A stretch of DNA of 64,000 nt from Phoronis australis (Eukaryota; Animalia; Phoronida), in NCBI GenBank assembly GCA_002633005.1, contig NMRA01000130.1:769440-833439 (forward strand). The letters are read 5' to 3'. The notes beneath the pieces were generated by a model. That model had not been told where the DNA came from, ran no database searches, and saw only the letters and a list, made by a program, of their open reading frames with translations. The position numbers were made by a program, and so were the translations under genes. This document shows positions 13,001 to 28,000 of the stretch, piece by piece (the first letter of the stretch is position 1; each line of letters begins with the position of its first letter).

Positions 13001-16000
13001 TGACGTTTCATCCAACAACAATTTCAACCATTTTATTGCTGTATTTTTCACCCACGAAAGCAAGTGTGTGGCTATTAGGAACAGCTCAACTGAAATGGGA
13101 CTTTCCCAAATAAGTGAGTTCGGGAAAACTAGATTACGTACTTACAAGGTTTGCCCAGACAACCCCACCCTCACAACTGCATCAAATGAGAAGTTCTAAA
13201 AGAGTATTATTAACCGAAATTCAAGATTCCCATTTACCACTCCAACACCTGAAAAAGTTATACTCTTTAAATCTTTAAATCGATAGGTTATAGAGAGCGT
13301 TCACATCTTGCATCATCACTGGAGTTAGAGGAGGTTTGAAAAAATGACAACTTATGACAGGGGAAGGGGGTTGGACGATATATGTAGTTCATTAGGCTTA
13401 CCTTAGAAGCGTGTATGCAAAGGACAACTCCACTCCATCACTGCCAATCACTGACGATCATCACAGTGACGTAGCGTGTTAGGGCGTGATCAGGACGTCC
13501 AGGGATAGACGCAGTCATGTTTTACAAGGGATAGGATTTACATTGATTTTTCTTTACTTCATTAAATATGCCAGAGTGTTTTTGCTTTGCTGTAGTATTA
13601 TTGTTAAATCTCAAGTTTTGCTCTCCAGATTGCCGATTCAGTGGAGACTGGCCACAAAACAATAGAAATCAGTAGTGGTTTAACTTAATTTTACACTGAA
13701 AAGCAACGCAGGGGTTTAAAATGCACCAAATATTTGACCTCAAACGCCGGTGTGCTTCAAAGGTTTTTCATATCGTATAATGGCCATTACATGGTGCAAA
13801 ACACAAACTTGGAAATGCGTCGTCTCATTATCACAAAACCATTCAGCAAAATTTGTGACTAATACTTAAGGGACTCCAGAGATACGAAGGCAAACACATG
13901 CACCAAAATTGCTACAAGAGGGCCTTCCAAAAAGTCGTGGACAGTCCTTGACACATTTATTAGACCTACAGCCATGGTTGCAACAAATACAAAATCACCA
14001 CAAGGGGCCGTCACAGTTGCCAGACCCGTCTGAAAATTAGATTAATCCAAGGTCTTTTCATCAGGAACACAACTTCAAAGTTTAATTATGATCATATGAG
14101 AAGGGATTGAGAATAATAAAAATGACCAGCATTTGACATATTGGTCTGAAACTTGTCGTCGTTTGTTGTTATCTCCTTAGCAACACATGTCAAATTTCAA
14201 AAAGATCCTCCAAAGAGTTAAGGAGACACGTAAAAAATGAAACTAGGGGACGCCAGAGCAGTAAAAGCCGTCAGAAAGCCAACATCAGTTGCGGCCTTTT
14301 CGTCAGGAACAATCCCTTGAAATATTTAGCGGATAAAGAAGGTAACAACAAAAACGTAATAAAAATGAAACTGACCGTCATGTGGAGCAGAATACATTAA
14401 GTCCATCCGAAATTTGGAAGGCGTCAAAATACGGGTACGTTATATCCGACCATTAACTCATTGCCTCTTTAATAGATACGGAATCTTCAACGAACTGTCG
14501 CTTCTACCAAAACAAGTGGGGTTTGGCTGTGATGGCGTATTTAGAGGCTTGACAAAGGAGGGGGGGGAGTTATATCATGATGACGGGTGAGGATAGATAA
14601 GGAGGGGCAAACTTTGAATGGCGTAATTTGTGTACGTTCCCATATTTTTCTTGCGTATGTCAAGAGTCTTACCTATGGCGTATTGGTAGTGCTCTATTCC
14701 GCTTTGATATTCTTCATCAAAGAATGTGTCAGAAGTCCACGATACGGTCAGTGGATCAGTAACTTTCAAGCCAACGTCCACAATAAGTTGCCCTGACATC
14801 CTTGGCGGCGTTTCATCAACAAATATAGGTCCAAATGACAGCTTCGTGGTTTTTCTACCTTTAGTAATGGCTGTTATCAAAATGTTTAGCTGTTCACCTT
14901 GGTCAATTCCGGACCTGAGAACATTGTAGAACCGCGCGCCGTAAGTGGATTCTTGTGACGGTTGGATAGTATCTACTCCCACTAAGTAATCGTGAATGGG
15001 TGTGTTTTGGTTTGAATTCCATCGAAGCCGAATGTGATCGGTGGTTATGAACTTTGGCAGCGACAAATCAAACAATGGCGTGTCTTCGCAGATTTTAAGA
15101 CTCCTGCCACGGTCGTAGAAAACTGTGGTGCCATTGGCGTCTTCGAGTTTTGGAATGAGAAGTACGTCAACATCTTTAGGTGTAGAACACTTTGCCTTGC
15201 AGGGATCTACGTTGCTTAGAGATACTCTGGTGAAGTTGCTAAGAATATACCAAAATGCACCATTGTCGCAAACAATACCGCTGTGGACAAATAAACCATG
15301 CAAATAGATGTCTGTGAACTGTGGCGCTGTATTATCCACCAAAACTCCATTTGAGCACACCACCTCGGACGGCTCATTGGCTCCGTTATAAGCCACGACA
15401 CTCAAATAATACTTGCCATCTTTACTCACTACACCACTTCCACTTGTGACAGTTGTAATAGTAGAACTGTTTATCAGTTCTTCTTGAGTGAGACACGATT
15501 GAGCAAAGGCATATTTGTAAAATTGTATGTCACTCTCATGATCCACGAAGCCATGCCATGTTCCCTTTAAATCCCAATCTTGTTGGAACTCAACGTCCTG
15601 TGAAGAGTCACCGTCCAAAACCACACCTACTGTAGGGGGAGAGGTGTCAATCAGAATTGTGACACTGACAGGATCGTTGGTAAGCTTGGCGTTGTTTGTT
15701 GCGGTTAATGTGAAATAGTATTCTCGGTTGTGGTTTGCCTGGTGCTTGTTGACCGCAACTAAGTGGTTAAGATTGATACAGTACAGGAAGGTTTCACAGT
15801 AGGAACCTGTGACGCTCGCTAACGGACAATAACTGTTCGGAGCGGCATTGGGCACCTACAAAATATAACAAAATAAAAACAAACCACAGATAAACTTCAT
15901 ACTTGCAGTTTTTAAATGCTCCTGACGTCATTCCAAAACTTGAGATTAAAGATTCTCATCCACTCTTCCACAGGTACCGGGATTTTTACGTAGATACGCC

Positions 16001-19000
16001 CATTCCATGACACACCCATGGGCGTTTATTCAGAAAATCAAGCCGAATAAACGCCCACGGCCGTTTAGTTGGTGTTGCAATTTCTGGTGTCAAGTGTCCA
16101 GACAGTGGGGGGCACTTAGTAGAAACGTTTCGGATTGTTTTAAAACCCTTTAATCCACTCGATCCCAGACCCCACGACTCCCTAGACATCCTCGACCCAC
16201 GACATACAACCCCCGCGACCTACGACCTGCTTCAATAGACGTATCTTGGCGCTTTTTACACATTTCATAATCTTATGTTGCTGAGAGCTTTGCGTCGATG
16301 TGGGTAAACAACTGACCAAATAAAATGTGACACAAAATTAGTGTCATTAAAAATTACGCTCATTCTTGGGTACACTACATTATTTACCGCCGGGTATTGT
16401 GAAAATTGCCGTTCTACCGTTATTCGGCTGCTAAATTTGCGTAGGTTTTTGGCGTCATTATATGCCCAGCTTCTTTTCCCTTATGATTCTTAATTAAATT
16501 TTCTTCTCTTCTACGAGTTTACGCACATGTAACAACAAATTATAGGGACTTATTATATGTTTCATTTCGTTACAAGTTTTTAATATTTTAATAAGAGAAA
16601 GCCGTTGTGTCACGAGCGCACTGTTTTTAAAACGACTACGTACTTGCCTTTCTTATCATAGAATATAGACAGCAGATTCGCAACTCCAACATTTTCTTGA
16701 GTACTATCCTAGAGGAGGCACCACTCTCCTAAATTACCAATTTTAGTTTCCGGTTAGTGTACTTAGACGGGAAATTTTCGCATCTATTTTACTGTCCAGC
16801 ACAACGAAACAAAAACAATTTCGGCATTGAAACGTTATTCAAAGTCTTCCAATAACAGAACTGTCATACTGTTACAAAATGCAGAGATTTATGCAAGAAA
16901 ATGACGCTTATTAGATTATTTTTACTTAAGCGAATATAACGGGCAAGTTGAGTTTCGGTTGACTCCCGGATTTTGCATGCACCCCCGCCGGTTGTTAGCT
17001 TTATATGTTGATATAAGTTTCACGGAGAGGTGACATGCAGACTTATCCTGGCAGGGTGAAATTTTGGGGTCTAACGGAGCTCAGCACACACTGTATCCAG
17101 CCAGCTAGTATGAAGACTAGGTACAGTACCATTGTTTGTTGAGCTCCGACAAATCTCGAAATTGCATGCAGCCTGGGTATTTCTGATGGTCACCTCGCCG
17201 TGAAACTTGTATCAACATGTAGAGCTATAGACCGGCGGGTGTGCATGCAAAATGTGGTAGGCAACTGACACTGGTGTTTCAGAAGGCACCCAATGAGCAC
17301 TACGCTCCCCATGCACTGTTTAAGAGCTCACGAAGTGCGTCAAGCTTGAACTTCTTGCAAGGTACTTGTACTGTAGTTTATCGACCCCTTTTCTTTCTAT
17401 TTTGTACTTTCATATAAACTTTGTAAATATGTTGCTAAAGCTTTTAACACATTTTCCGGGTCTATCCCAAGATGCACCGTGGCACCAGAGGGTGCGGCTT
17501 TCAAAATGTCGGATCTGCATATTAGCTATTTAGGCCAACTTGTTGTGACACTTTGGACAAACTCTGACAATTTGGTACTGCTTTGCTGATTTTGCAGTTA
17601 TACACCACAAGTGTATTGACCATATCAAATAATTACTTCTCCTAACTTAATCAAGTTTTACTTTTAAGGAGACGCAAAGGGAACTCCCATCGTGCTTCGA
17701 TCCATGGATCTTTATGATAGCTGATGACTGCCATACGGCTGAGCCACCGAAAGCAATTGTCTTTTAAGTCTTTCTGTGTCATTTGGATTCTTTGGCCATG
17801 ATTATTTTTAAGTAACCATGAAATAGTCAATCGTTTGACCCCAGAGAAAGCAATCCTTTCCAACCCGATATTACACAAACGGTGTGATTTTAAAAGCTAA
17901 AATGTTCATTGGTTTTTACTGTATATCATTTCCTGAAGAAAAAATTTAATGCACCCCTTATTACACAGAGTGGTATAAGGTTTAAGCTGCCTAATGCTAT
18001 TTACCCGTATGTCACTGGTCACCAACAGTACAGGCAGGAAAGCAAGTTTGGTGCAAGAAGATCAATCTCGAGAAATGTCAGGTAGTCGACCGCAACCTCA
18101 TAACCTGATAATATTATTAGCCCAGGAGATTTATAATCTACTGTCTTTACCTGGATGGATCATCAAATCAAACCCATCTTTAATTACATGTAGATAATGC
18201 AATCCTTTCATGAGTTTCGCATACGGTCAAAAATAGATTTGTTTTTACATCCTAAAACTGAAAGTGGAAAATGAAATATATGTATCATTCAATAAATGAG
18301 AATTTACCTTTACAACTGGAACTGAGCCTTGACTTATTTCGACTCCAAATTTCGATGAACCAAGTTTCCACTTTACTTCACGAAGGCCACTATGGCTATC
18401 CATGGCTTTAAATTCGAAGGTCATCTCCGACAGGTCCGAGTCACCGTGGACAAATAACATCTTCTTGCCATTATTAACAACACCTGCATCAGAAATGATT
18501 GGAGGCGAGGAATCAACGCTGACCGTCGTGTTGTCCACAAGCGTGTTTCCCATGATATCCTTAGCCTGCACCCATATTCTATATTGCCGACCATCCTGCA
18601 TACTCGGCGTGATACTTAGTGATGTTGACAGTTGTGGAGTGACAGGGGACAGCGATGGAATCGCTTGGCTATCAAATAAATCAATACCATATTTGAATTC
18701 TGTTATGCCGTCAACATTTGGCGTGCCTGACACTGGGATATCGCCTGTAGTTTGGTCGTAAAATCCTGAGACTAAATTGTCAGACTGAATACGACGCAGC
18801 ATGTTGTTATGAACGTGGAAGTCGTTGTGGAAATGTCGGACCCATTGTATTGTTACTCTGCTAAGGTTCGTTTGCCAAAGATAATTCGTATTAGCAGCGG
18901 CAGACGTCACCCTTAATGGATGCGAAGTACTGACGACAACTTTTGACGTTGGGTCGTGAAGCACGAACCGCCTGGCTTTTCTTTCATTGTGGGCTATGTC

Positions 19001-22000
19001 TTTTACCTCTGCAATAACTGCAAACAAACCCTGCCCAGGTAAGGTGAACTGCGTCGATCCTTCACCGTTGGAAACTTTCTTACTCACACCAATTTTGCTA
19101 CCAACTGCAATGAGGGTGGCTGATTTTTCGACCATTGTATAAAGACCGAACTCCAAATGCTCCACGCCAGACGCAGAATCGCGAAACCCGGATGTGGCTA
19201 CAGGGTCCGTCCAACCACCATAACTTACTGTAACGGTAGACGCTTTAGTGATTCTATCTACAATACCGAATGGGTCTGCTCGGTAAGGAGCAGATGCAGA
19301 ACAGCTTGATGTTTGGGAACAGTGGACAGGTGGAGCGCTGTCATAACGCATGCAAACCGTCTTAGAGTTGAGAACCTGAGAGTAGTAATAAGGTCCTGAG
19401 ATGGCGTTGCTCACGAGGTTCTTGGTTCTGTAATAACCGCCACCCCTTGCTTCATATCGCATGCAAATTCTGAAATAAATTGTTATTACTTAGCAGAAGC
19501 AAGTATACATCTAAACACCCTATGCCGTACATATCAGCTTATGATAGGTTAATAGGAATTGCTACCGAACTCGTGCAACTCGGGCTGTGTTGACATTTGC
19601 AAAACTATACAACTTGAGGCAGTATGTTCTCTTCTTGATGAAAACAAAAGTGGAATCAAAATGATAAATATTTTTGTTTGTAAGCCAATGATATCAAACA
19701 TAGTATTTCAATACGGAGATTATCAAACATTAATAATCAATGTTGGATGGAAGCTTTGAGACCCTCGTCCTTTTATTTTCAAGATCAAAATAAAAATATC
19801 AATTAGAGTGTCTTATTTTGCGCATTGGGTATAATGGCCAGTTAACAGGTTGGGTAAAATATACTTTTACAAGGAATGGCTTAAAGAAGGGGTTCATTTA
19901 TTGAGTAATTGTATTTCTCAAATCACTATATACATGTACTACAGATTGATTATAGTGTAAACACTTAAAATTTTGAAGCGAACGTAGCAAACTGAATGTT
20001 TTTCCTAATGGTAAAATATTAATGTGCATCGATTTCGCTACCTTTTTAGGGAAACTAGACATAATAGAGAAATTAATTAAGATTAAATAAAATTTTAAAC
20101 CAGGATATGTCTATTCTCTTATTTACTCCATTGGAATTTGGAATGTTAAATATAATCCAATTTACATGTACATATTCTATCATGAAGCTGATACGCGTCA
20201 AAGAAGTCGATGCAAGTAAGCTGAGTAAGCAGTAGTATTGTGCTGGTCCTCATGTTAACATCTTTTGCTACAAGACAAAGATTTGTGGCGTTGTTAGATA
20301 AGAGAAACTCCCACCTGACAATTCCTATGCTGTTATGAAAATATTTGGTTATAGTAAACGCAGTGAAAAGAAAGCATGTTTAGTGATTGACTTTAGTACT
20401 GCATTACTACAACAATGAACAAAAACGTGGCTTGTAAAATTAAAGAATTTTTGGTTTTAATGAAAACCGGGGGCAGTTTGTAAATTAATTATTAAATGAT
20501 GAGAATGAAATCAATGTGATTATGTGCGTAAATGTGTGGGTCACATCTGACATTTCGATTGTGTTCGATTATTTGCAATTCAAAATGTTTAGTTTTCTTT
20601 AAATGATACAAGAAACGAAGTACAAGACTATTATCGAATGCAAAAAAAGTGGAGTTAGGTTGTTCATTGTCGCAGTTCCGTTTATGTGTAAAAAAGGTGC
20701 TCTATCCCGCACACATATTCGTATTCCCTGCAGTTGAGGCTGTGGTTCATTATTGTTTCTATCGAAACTGTCGAAGTTTTTGGACGTGCTCTGCTCCCCG
20801 TTTTCGCCACCGAGATACAGTTTCCTTAGGTTTATTTGTGTTCCGCATTGTGACTGCACTTAGCGGCACGACTATGTATTTTCAGTGATTAAGTATACTT
20901 CGGGGACTCACTTGTATCCGTTCTGCAAGACAACATTTTTCAAATTCCTGTCACTTGTACACGTGATTGGTGATGCTTGTATGCTGTTGTAGGTGGTACC
21001 ATAACTGTGAGTACATCCGGCTAGTGCCGTCAATGTTCCAGTATTTACAGCTGAAACAAGTTGATACAGAATAACATGTAAGACGTCCATAACCAATCTT
21101 CCTCGATAACAGGTTGCCTCCCCCTCTTCCTCCCTACCTCCCTCCCTCTCTCTCTCCCTCCCTCCCTCCCTCTCTCCTTCCCTCCCTCCCTACCTCCCTN
21201 AAGCCCCAAATTCAAGCCAAAAACGTCCCCGTAATTTTACGTGTCATAATACATCTTCAATCGGAATTGGTGAGACTACTAAATGCTACCAACTCGGATT
21301 CCCTGCCCTTCTTGTTTCTTACCAACATCGTTGCCTAGAGACCTCGCTTGATGAGATATTCGGGAATAGTGTTCTCCTCTTAGAAAGAACAGTGAAATGA
21401 GCAAAGATCGCACTAAGACAGACTGGACGCTCTTAAAGGAATCCTGCATTCCCATTGCCCTATCTTTACAGCTAGTAAAATATTTAATTGTCAAGACATC
21501 GAAAAAGACATCGTAGTTGGTCGCACAGCCACCAGAAACTGGACTACCGGTCGTGTTTTAACGAAGGATTTTGAAACGGCCCCAAAGGCACTATACGAGA
21601 GACCTCGGGATCTCACCTCTTCAAAAAAGTCTTTCAAAGAATGACCATAACAAAATAAAGTTTTCCCGAAATTGGATCACAATAAAACGAATCTTAACAT
21701 TAGAGCCTGCACAGACGGATAGGTACGAGCTAAGCAGCCTGTCTCCAGTGAATCATAGCTGAGCTGACCAGCAACTAGCTTTAGTTCATCGAGGATTTTG
21801 TATTTTCACACTGTTAGGTCTCAGCAACAGTTACTTGAGGCAACTCCTCGCTATCCATCACTGCACTAGTCCTAGGCCCATTCTTACTCTCCGTGAAACT
21901 TTGTTGGTTCACGGTTACTCAACTCTTGATGACTGCATCCCCGGGATTGCCACCAACCTAGAGCGGACGTGGGAGATTCGATATGCATGTGGTGGCATCG

Positions 22001-25000
22001 GGAGATCGTGCGGCGGGATGCCGAGGTGCTGGCAATGGAGGGGTTAGTTTGGCAAAGTCGAAATGGTTTGTGTCCCCCAATATTTTTTGCCTTCCTACGG
22101 GCCTGTTTTTAAGACATTATTGGCGAACTTTCGCATTCCATGCCGCTCTAAACAGAGCTTAGAGACAGTTCTCCACTTGATACATTGGCATACTGCATGA
22201 TACGGGCGTTTTGTTTAGATCTTTCTAATGGAATGTTGTTTGTTACTTGAAAATTAAAACACAAACCATTCTGCCTATAGGTTATGATCTGTGTGTACGC
22301 AGCCACAATACCAAAGTGATAGGCTGAGATCCAGCTAGGCGTGGATGGCAAACTGTCAACTTTGAACTGGAACGTAAAAGTGTAACGGAAACGGGTGGGT
22401 GAGAATTTGCTGTAGTACTCCTGCTGATTTCTACATGTAGTTGCTTGCCCAGCTGTCTTCGAGTCCGCATAATCGCCGCCGGAACTCACGGCTCTTGTGG
22501 TGCAAGTGAGCAAATTAGGCGTGATTGAATGCACTACAAAAAGGAAAGCAAAATAAACAACATTGTCCTTATTGCAACTCGAACTTAACTCTTTCTTTTT
22601 GAGGTTTCAGTTACATAATACGAAATGAACACCATGCAGTCTAAGTAAATAAGCACTTCTTATGCCAAACGGTCACGCTTTTTTAATTCTAACGAATAGT
22701 TAGTTATGTCCAGTACTGTAGTGGCAAAAGTAGATGTAAGTAGGCGTCCAAAGCCCACCGTATCACATTGAGCACTGAACGTAACTTACAGTGCGTAGGC
22801 GCTACGTTCAAATGCCAAAAGGGGTTTGGCCGCGCCTACGTGCGCCTACACCCCACTACAGCACTGGTTATTTCTAAGTTTCCCGCCAAATGAGTTAATG
22901 AGTGTAAGACGTTTGGTCACTTGACAATCAATCGCAAAGGCGGAACACAGATGATTAAAAGACGAGGACGATTTTTAGTGAGAACTGGACAATTATTGTG
23001 AAGACAGAGAAAATTAAATACGGGCATCATACTCAAGTACTTAAAGAATTAGATAATGAGTTCGATTTTCCACTTAGCGAAATTTCGCCGGCGTTAAGGC
23101 CGCATGAACTCGACCCACTTGCACGGAAATGCTGCAGACATACGTATGCTGTATGTGAACCACAACCAACTGAACCAAGAGTTGGTTAATTTTAAACAAT
23201 TAGACATTTAATGATCACTGAAAAAGGCCACAGTAAACCTGGGTCACTCGTATTCACCACTACTACGATGGAAGAAGCACGGTCTAAATACAACGCAAAA
23301 GCCTACGTGCCGTAGCACTCGATCTGGGCCGGGGTCGAGAGCATCAATCGCCCTAGAATGGAAGCAGTTTGCTCGTTATTTATAAAAATTCTCCAATATA
23401 CTTGGAAGGTGGCGAGTCTTTCATCGTAACGCCGCTTTTGTGTTTGGTCGAAACACTATTCCTTAAATTGTGCTGAGCTATGTGGCTCTCAATCCCATGT
23501 TCCACACGGTTGACATTCCACTCTCTCCTGCAGCGCACAAACCGATGGTATTTCAGTGCAACTTTCACATATTTAGGAACTTTAAACACATGAACGTTCT
23601 CAGTCAAGTTGTTATTATTACAGCCTCCACAAACGCATCTTTTCGTGTTTGAAAAAGGCGGATCTCCACGGACTTTCCTCACAACTCCTCAACATCGCAC
23701 TGGAAAAAAACAACGGCGGAGACGTTCTTCCACCCATTACGTACAACCTCGATAACAGAAAACTATATTTTTAAAAAAAATTTGTGGCTCGATCGTTTTT
23801 CATCAACAGGTATACCGATTAAAGTCTGTTGAATCTCTTAAGATGTATTAATAAAATTCTCTTTGAGACACAGAGTCATGGTTGGAACTATTTAAAAATG
23901 TTATAACAGACGGTGCTTTTAACACGTGCTTGGATCGGCTTGTCATTTAGGAAGTGCCTGGATCGGCTTGCCATTTAGCATGTGAGTGGATCGGCTTGCC
24001 ATTAAGCAGAGTTCTAAAGGCACACAGGTTCAAAAACAACCTCATGGAGGCAAATCCTTACAAATTTCACTGTTATCTTGACAAACCAGTTTAACGCTAA
24101 TAACGAGATAGATGTATGAGGTCTTTCAAATCGGAGCATCATGTAATGTTTCTAAGTGTTGTAATTGACCACAGCTTCACTTAGTGTACAAGTCTGAGAA
24201 GTTTGTACCAAAGCGGTGGATCATTTGAGTGTCCTGTAGAAATTTTCTGGCGTCCTTGATTATGTTGCTAGACGCAGCAGTTTTAACAGGCTTGCCGGTG
24301 TCATTTTAACAACTGTTACAGTAATAGGCCTACTCTTTGGCATTTCCGTGGTGCAATGCGTGCAACCTAGCATAAACGATTGCATTGCAGATCCCTTAAT
24401 TTGGTGTTCCAGAATGTTATTAGCTACTGTGACTTGTTTTGTTATTGCGACCGAATGTTCCCAAGCGAGGGAACGGGTGATTTTCGTAGAGGTTTTCAGA
24501 ACCGTGCACAGGCTGTCCCATGAGGTTTTCATGCGGGTCGTCCTTGAGGTCAGAACTTCCCGTCTGACCTGAGGTCTGGTGGCACAATCTTTTAGCACCA
24601 TGTGTGCACCACCAGGTACGCGCTTAAGTTAAGGATTACGCGCCAGGGTTCTACGAGACGTTTTCGAGAGCGGTGAGGAAGGCAGAGCTGATTCGTGCTT
24701 TCAGACATAGCCTGTCGGTTTGACCATAAAGTCGGATTGCGCCTGCAGTTGCTGCCGGCAAGTGTTACAGTGTATAGTGTGTGTTGTGTCGGTAGAAGGC
24801 CTATTCATTGTTTTATTATTAATCATAATTTGTTTAGAGCACCCATGGAAAGCAGTGTGAACTGATGGGGCTACCCTCGTTGTAAATATTACATTAATAA
24901 TAAATAAATAAGTGACTTATTTTGTCAATGACGATAGCCCCCGGCAAGTGTTTCCCCGTTTTAAAGCAGTCAATAAATAGTTGTTTCAATTTGTCTATCA

Positions 25001-28000
25001 AGTACATTTTTAATTGTATGCTGAAACATTTCCTTCCAATCAACACGCAAATCCTGCAACATGTTGTCGACTCTGCAGTGTAGCCCAAGAGTGAAAACTA
25101 CTAATCAGCTGTATATAACTCAACGGCATCTTCAAATAAAGTACTTACAATCACAGTTGCTTCCTCCTACTTGTCGGAATCCTGTTGAACAACTGCAAGA
25201 CGATTGCAAACCTCTGTCGCTGCACGTGCCCGGCCAGCACCGTGAGGGGGTAAGCCAAGAGCACTTCGCTTAAAGAACAAGTCAAAGTCAGATTACGCAA
25301 CTGCGGCCAAAGTGATATTCTACGAAACCATAGACATGACTTGATGGCACTGCCAGATAACTAGAGTAGGACAAGGAACTGATAGTTTGGATTGATTCTA
25401 TGGCTTGCTAAAACAAACCGCCTCAGGGTTAGGATTTTCTTATTTTTACACGAAATCGATTTCTTAATTATTTTTTGGCAGTTTACATTCTATCTTTTTG
25501 TAAACTCTAATATTATGTAATCGAATGAATCATGGTTTATGCGCCTGAGTGTCTAGTCAAAGTATATCCTTGGACAGCTCTACACGTACATGTATATTCA
25601 AGGTATAAAACGCGAGTAAAAACTCGAGATTTCGAGTAAACTTGAACTTTTATCAGGCTGGTTTCTTCCGTGTCCACTAGGGGGTAGATGATACGAAAAT
25701 ATCATTTAAATTTTATCGCAATTTTTCTTCACCGGCATTTCTGATTGGTCGAATTGTCAACAGGCAGCGCTTTACCCAATAAAACAGGCCTGAGTGATGG
25801 AGGAATTGTAAATGTGGATATACATGAAGTTTGTGGCCTGTTATACAGGTAAATCGATGCTTAACTGAAAGATGTTCAAGAAACGCGAATAGAGAGGTTG
25901 TAGTTGGCCTTTATTTACGTTGCTGCCCTGCATTCGCACAGTATTAATAACATCAGTGCAGAAACTAAATATTTGCACGAGAGAGAAAACTTGGTTCGCA
26001 AAGATGTTGAAAAGGCTAAAAATCGTTCACAGTCCGGCCTTTTTTCTTTGCTGTAAAGCTAACTAAGGACTGCCGAGGTTGCATCAACCAGTCATAAAAC
26101 GAGTGCTGCTGAATGGTACCTAGGTGTCCTTTACCTCCTAGCGGACACGCAGAGAACCAACAAGGAACTTTTATTTGCCTGATAGGGTCATTAAGTGAAT
26201 TCTAGGATTAAACACTTATCAACTTATACATAGAATAAAAGAAACTTATATTGAGTTCGCACACAAGTAGACTAGAAAATGCTCAAAATATCAGCGGAAA
26301 CTGTGTTGTTACATATGTGACAAATGGTCTGCAAGTTCCTTTGAAACTGAAATTTACTTACGCAAACACTGATTTTCTGTCAGGAGATAAGCGCCACCTG
26401 ATGGCGAGTGTAGCTTGCATTCTTTACACACTTTGTTCGAGGGTCCGGCGGAGCACGTCATCTTAGCACAGTTGGCAATATGGGCCACAGGACAAGCTAT
26501 GAGAAACAAATTTTCACCCACTATTAAAAAAACTTGCTCTCAGTCACCTACGCCGTCATCAAAACCGTCATCGTCATGTCGCCATCTCTTTCATAATCGT
26601 TACTAAAATGTAACTAAGTGTACTTACGTAACAGTTTTTTCAAGCTCATTTTTACGCACAGCGACTGCCTTGTCCGAATGAAAGTTACAGATACACGACT
26701 TGAAATGCTACTATTTCATCATTTCAGAAAATAACAATGACAATGGCAGTGATTATGAAGACGATGATGGCAATGACAACGATAAAATAAAACTGGTGAT
26801 TCTGATGATAATAATGACAATGATGATCGTGACGATGATGACGACGAAGACGACAACGACGATGGTGACGGTGACGATGATTGTATTGGTAATAGTAAAG
26901 ATAACGATGATAATCATGACTATAATAACAGTAACAATAACAACAATAACAATGATAAAATACGGAATTAGTCGAAAGGTGTAGATGTGCCGTATCATTG
27001 TTGTTTACATCTTTAATTAAGCAGATATTTTGTCAACTTGTGTCAGTGACATTAAAAACCTACCGTTACATCTGGGCGAGTAGTAGCTTATTCGACAAGT
27101 GCAGAAGTTGGGACTCGTACACGTTCCGCCGTTAGGACAATTGAAGGAACCGAAGCACAATGCTAGAAACAAAATGCAAGTCAATCGTCACAATTTCCTG
27201 ATAAGTGAACATCTGAGGTGAATTTAGCTGCAGATTTCTCTGACGGAGACAAGCGAATTTTTTTATTGGAACTGTCTGATTGCTACCTCGGTACCACATT
27301 GCAACTAGCACGAGTCCACCGCTGAGCAATCTGAACAACAAGGCCGCCCCGGAATACAAGGGTAGAACTCTTTGTACCGGAGATAAGAAAGCGCGTGACC
27401 TCCTCAGGCACAATTTTGTCGGGAAGGAAAAGAACTTTGCTTCGCACATCCACGGGTACTTGACCAGTCAATCGAACTTTCTCACGTCGGAGTTGCAGCC
27501 CACAGCACAGCAGTAATACTTCGTTAGCATTGGAAGGACTAGTTGTAATGCAACCGAGAAAAACTTGTAAAGAATCAGACAACAACAATTAACATGCGAA
27601 ACTCCAATGGCACGAAGACGAGGCAGCCTGGTGAATGTTTACGGCAATGTGGGTGAATACAGCGACTGAGTCGAGTGTCGCTATGTAATCCGCCGTAACA
27701 GCCCTATTATCTCTGACAAAGCAGCGTAGGAATAGTCAAACATATATTAGCATACATCAATTAGGTAATAAAGGTTACGCTGGTCTTAATGTTCTGATGG
27801 ATATCTTACGCGCTGAAAAACAAAGTACAAGACTCACGTGCACAGTATCCCCGACCATTATCTTTGTATCCCGAACAGCATTTATTTCTCGGAGCCTGTC
27901 TATAGGCTGTTCTATGCTTGGTCCTGAAATGTTCAATTTCTGTTTTAAGGATCAGCAACGAAAAGAATAATATGACAAATTTTGGAGTTTTTAACTGTCA

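Noticed and set aside
17720-17762. CUGAUGA...GAAA hammerhead-like string
   Set aside because: Stems I and II cannot form.
23926-24009. 28-bp repeats resembling a CRISPR array
   Set aside because: Head-to-tail units without unique spacers; eukaryotic context; no cas genes.
24260-24601. 113-aa ORF and antisense SINDCI motif hinting at a DIRS-type element
   Set aside because: No further RT or recombinase motifs recognisable.
26700-26998. Hydrophobic 94-aa and 81-aa ORFs
   Set aside because: Translation of a trinucleotide microsatellite.
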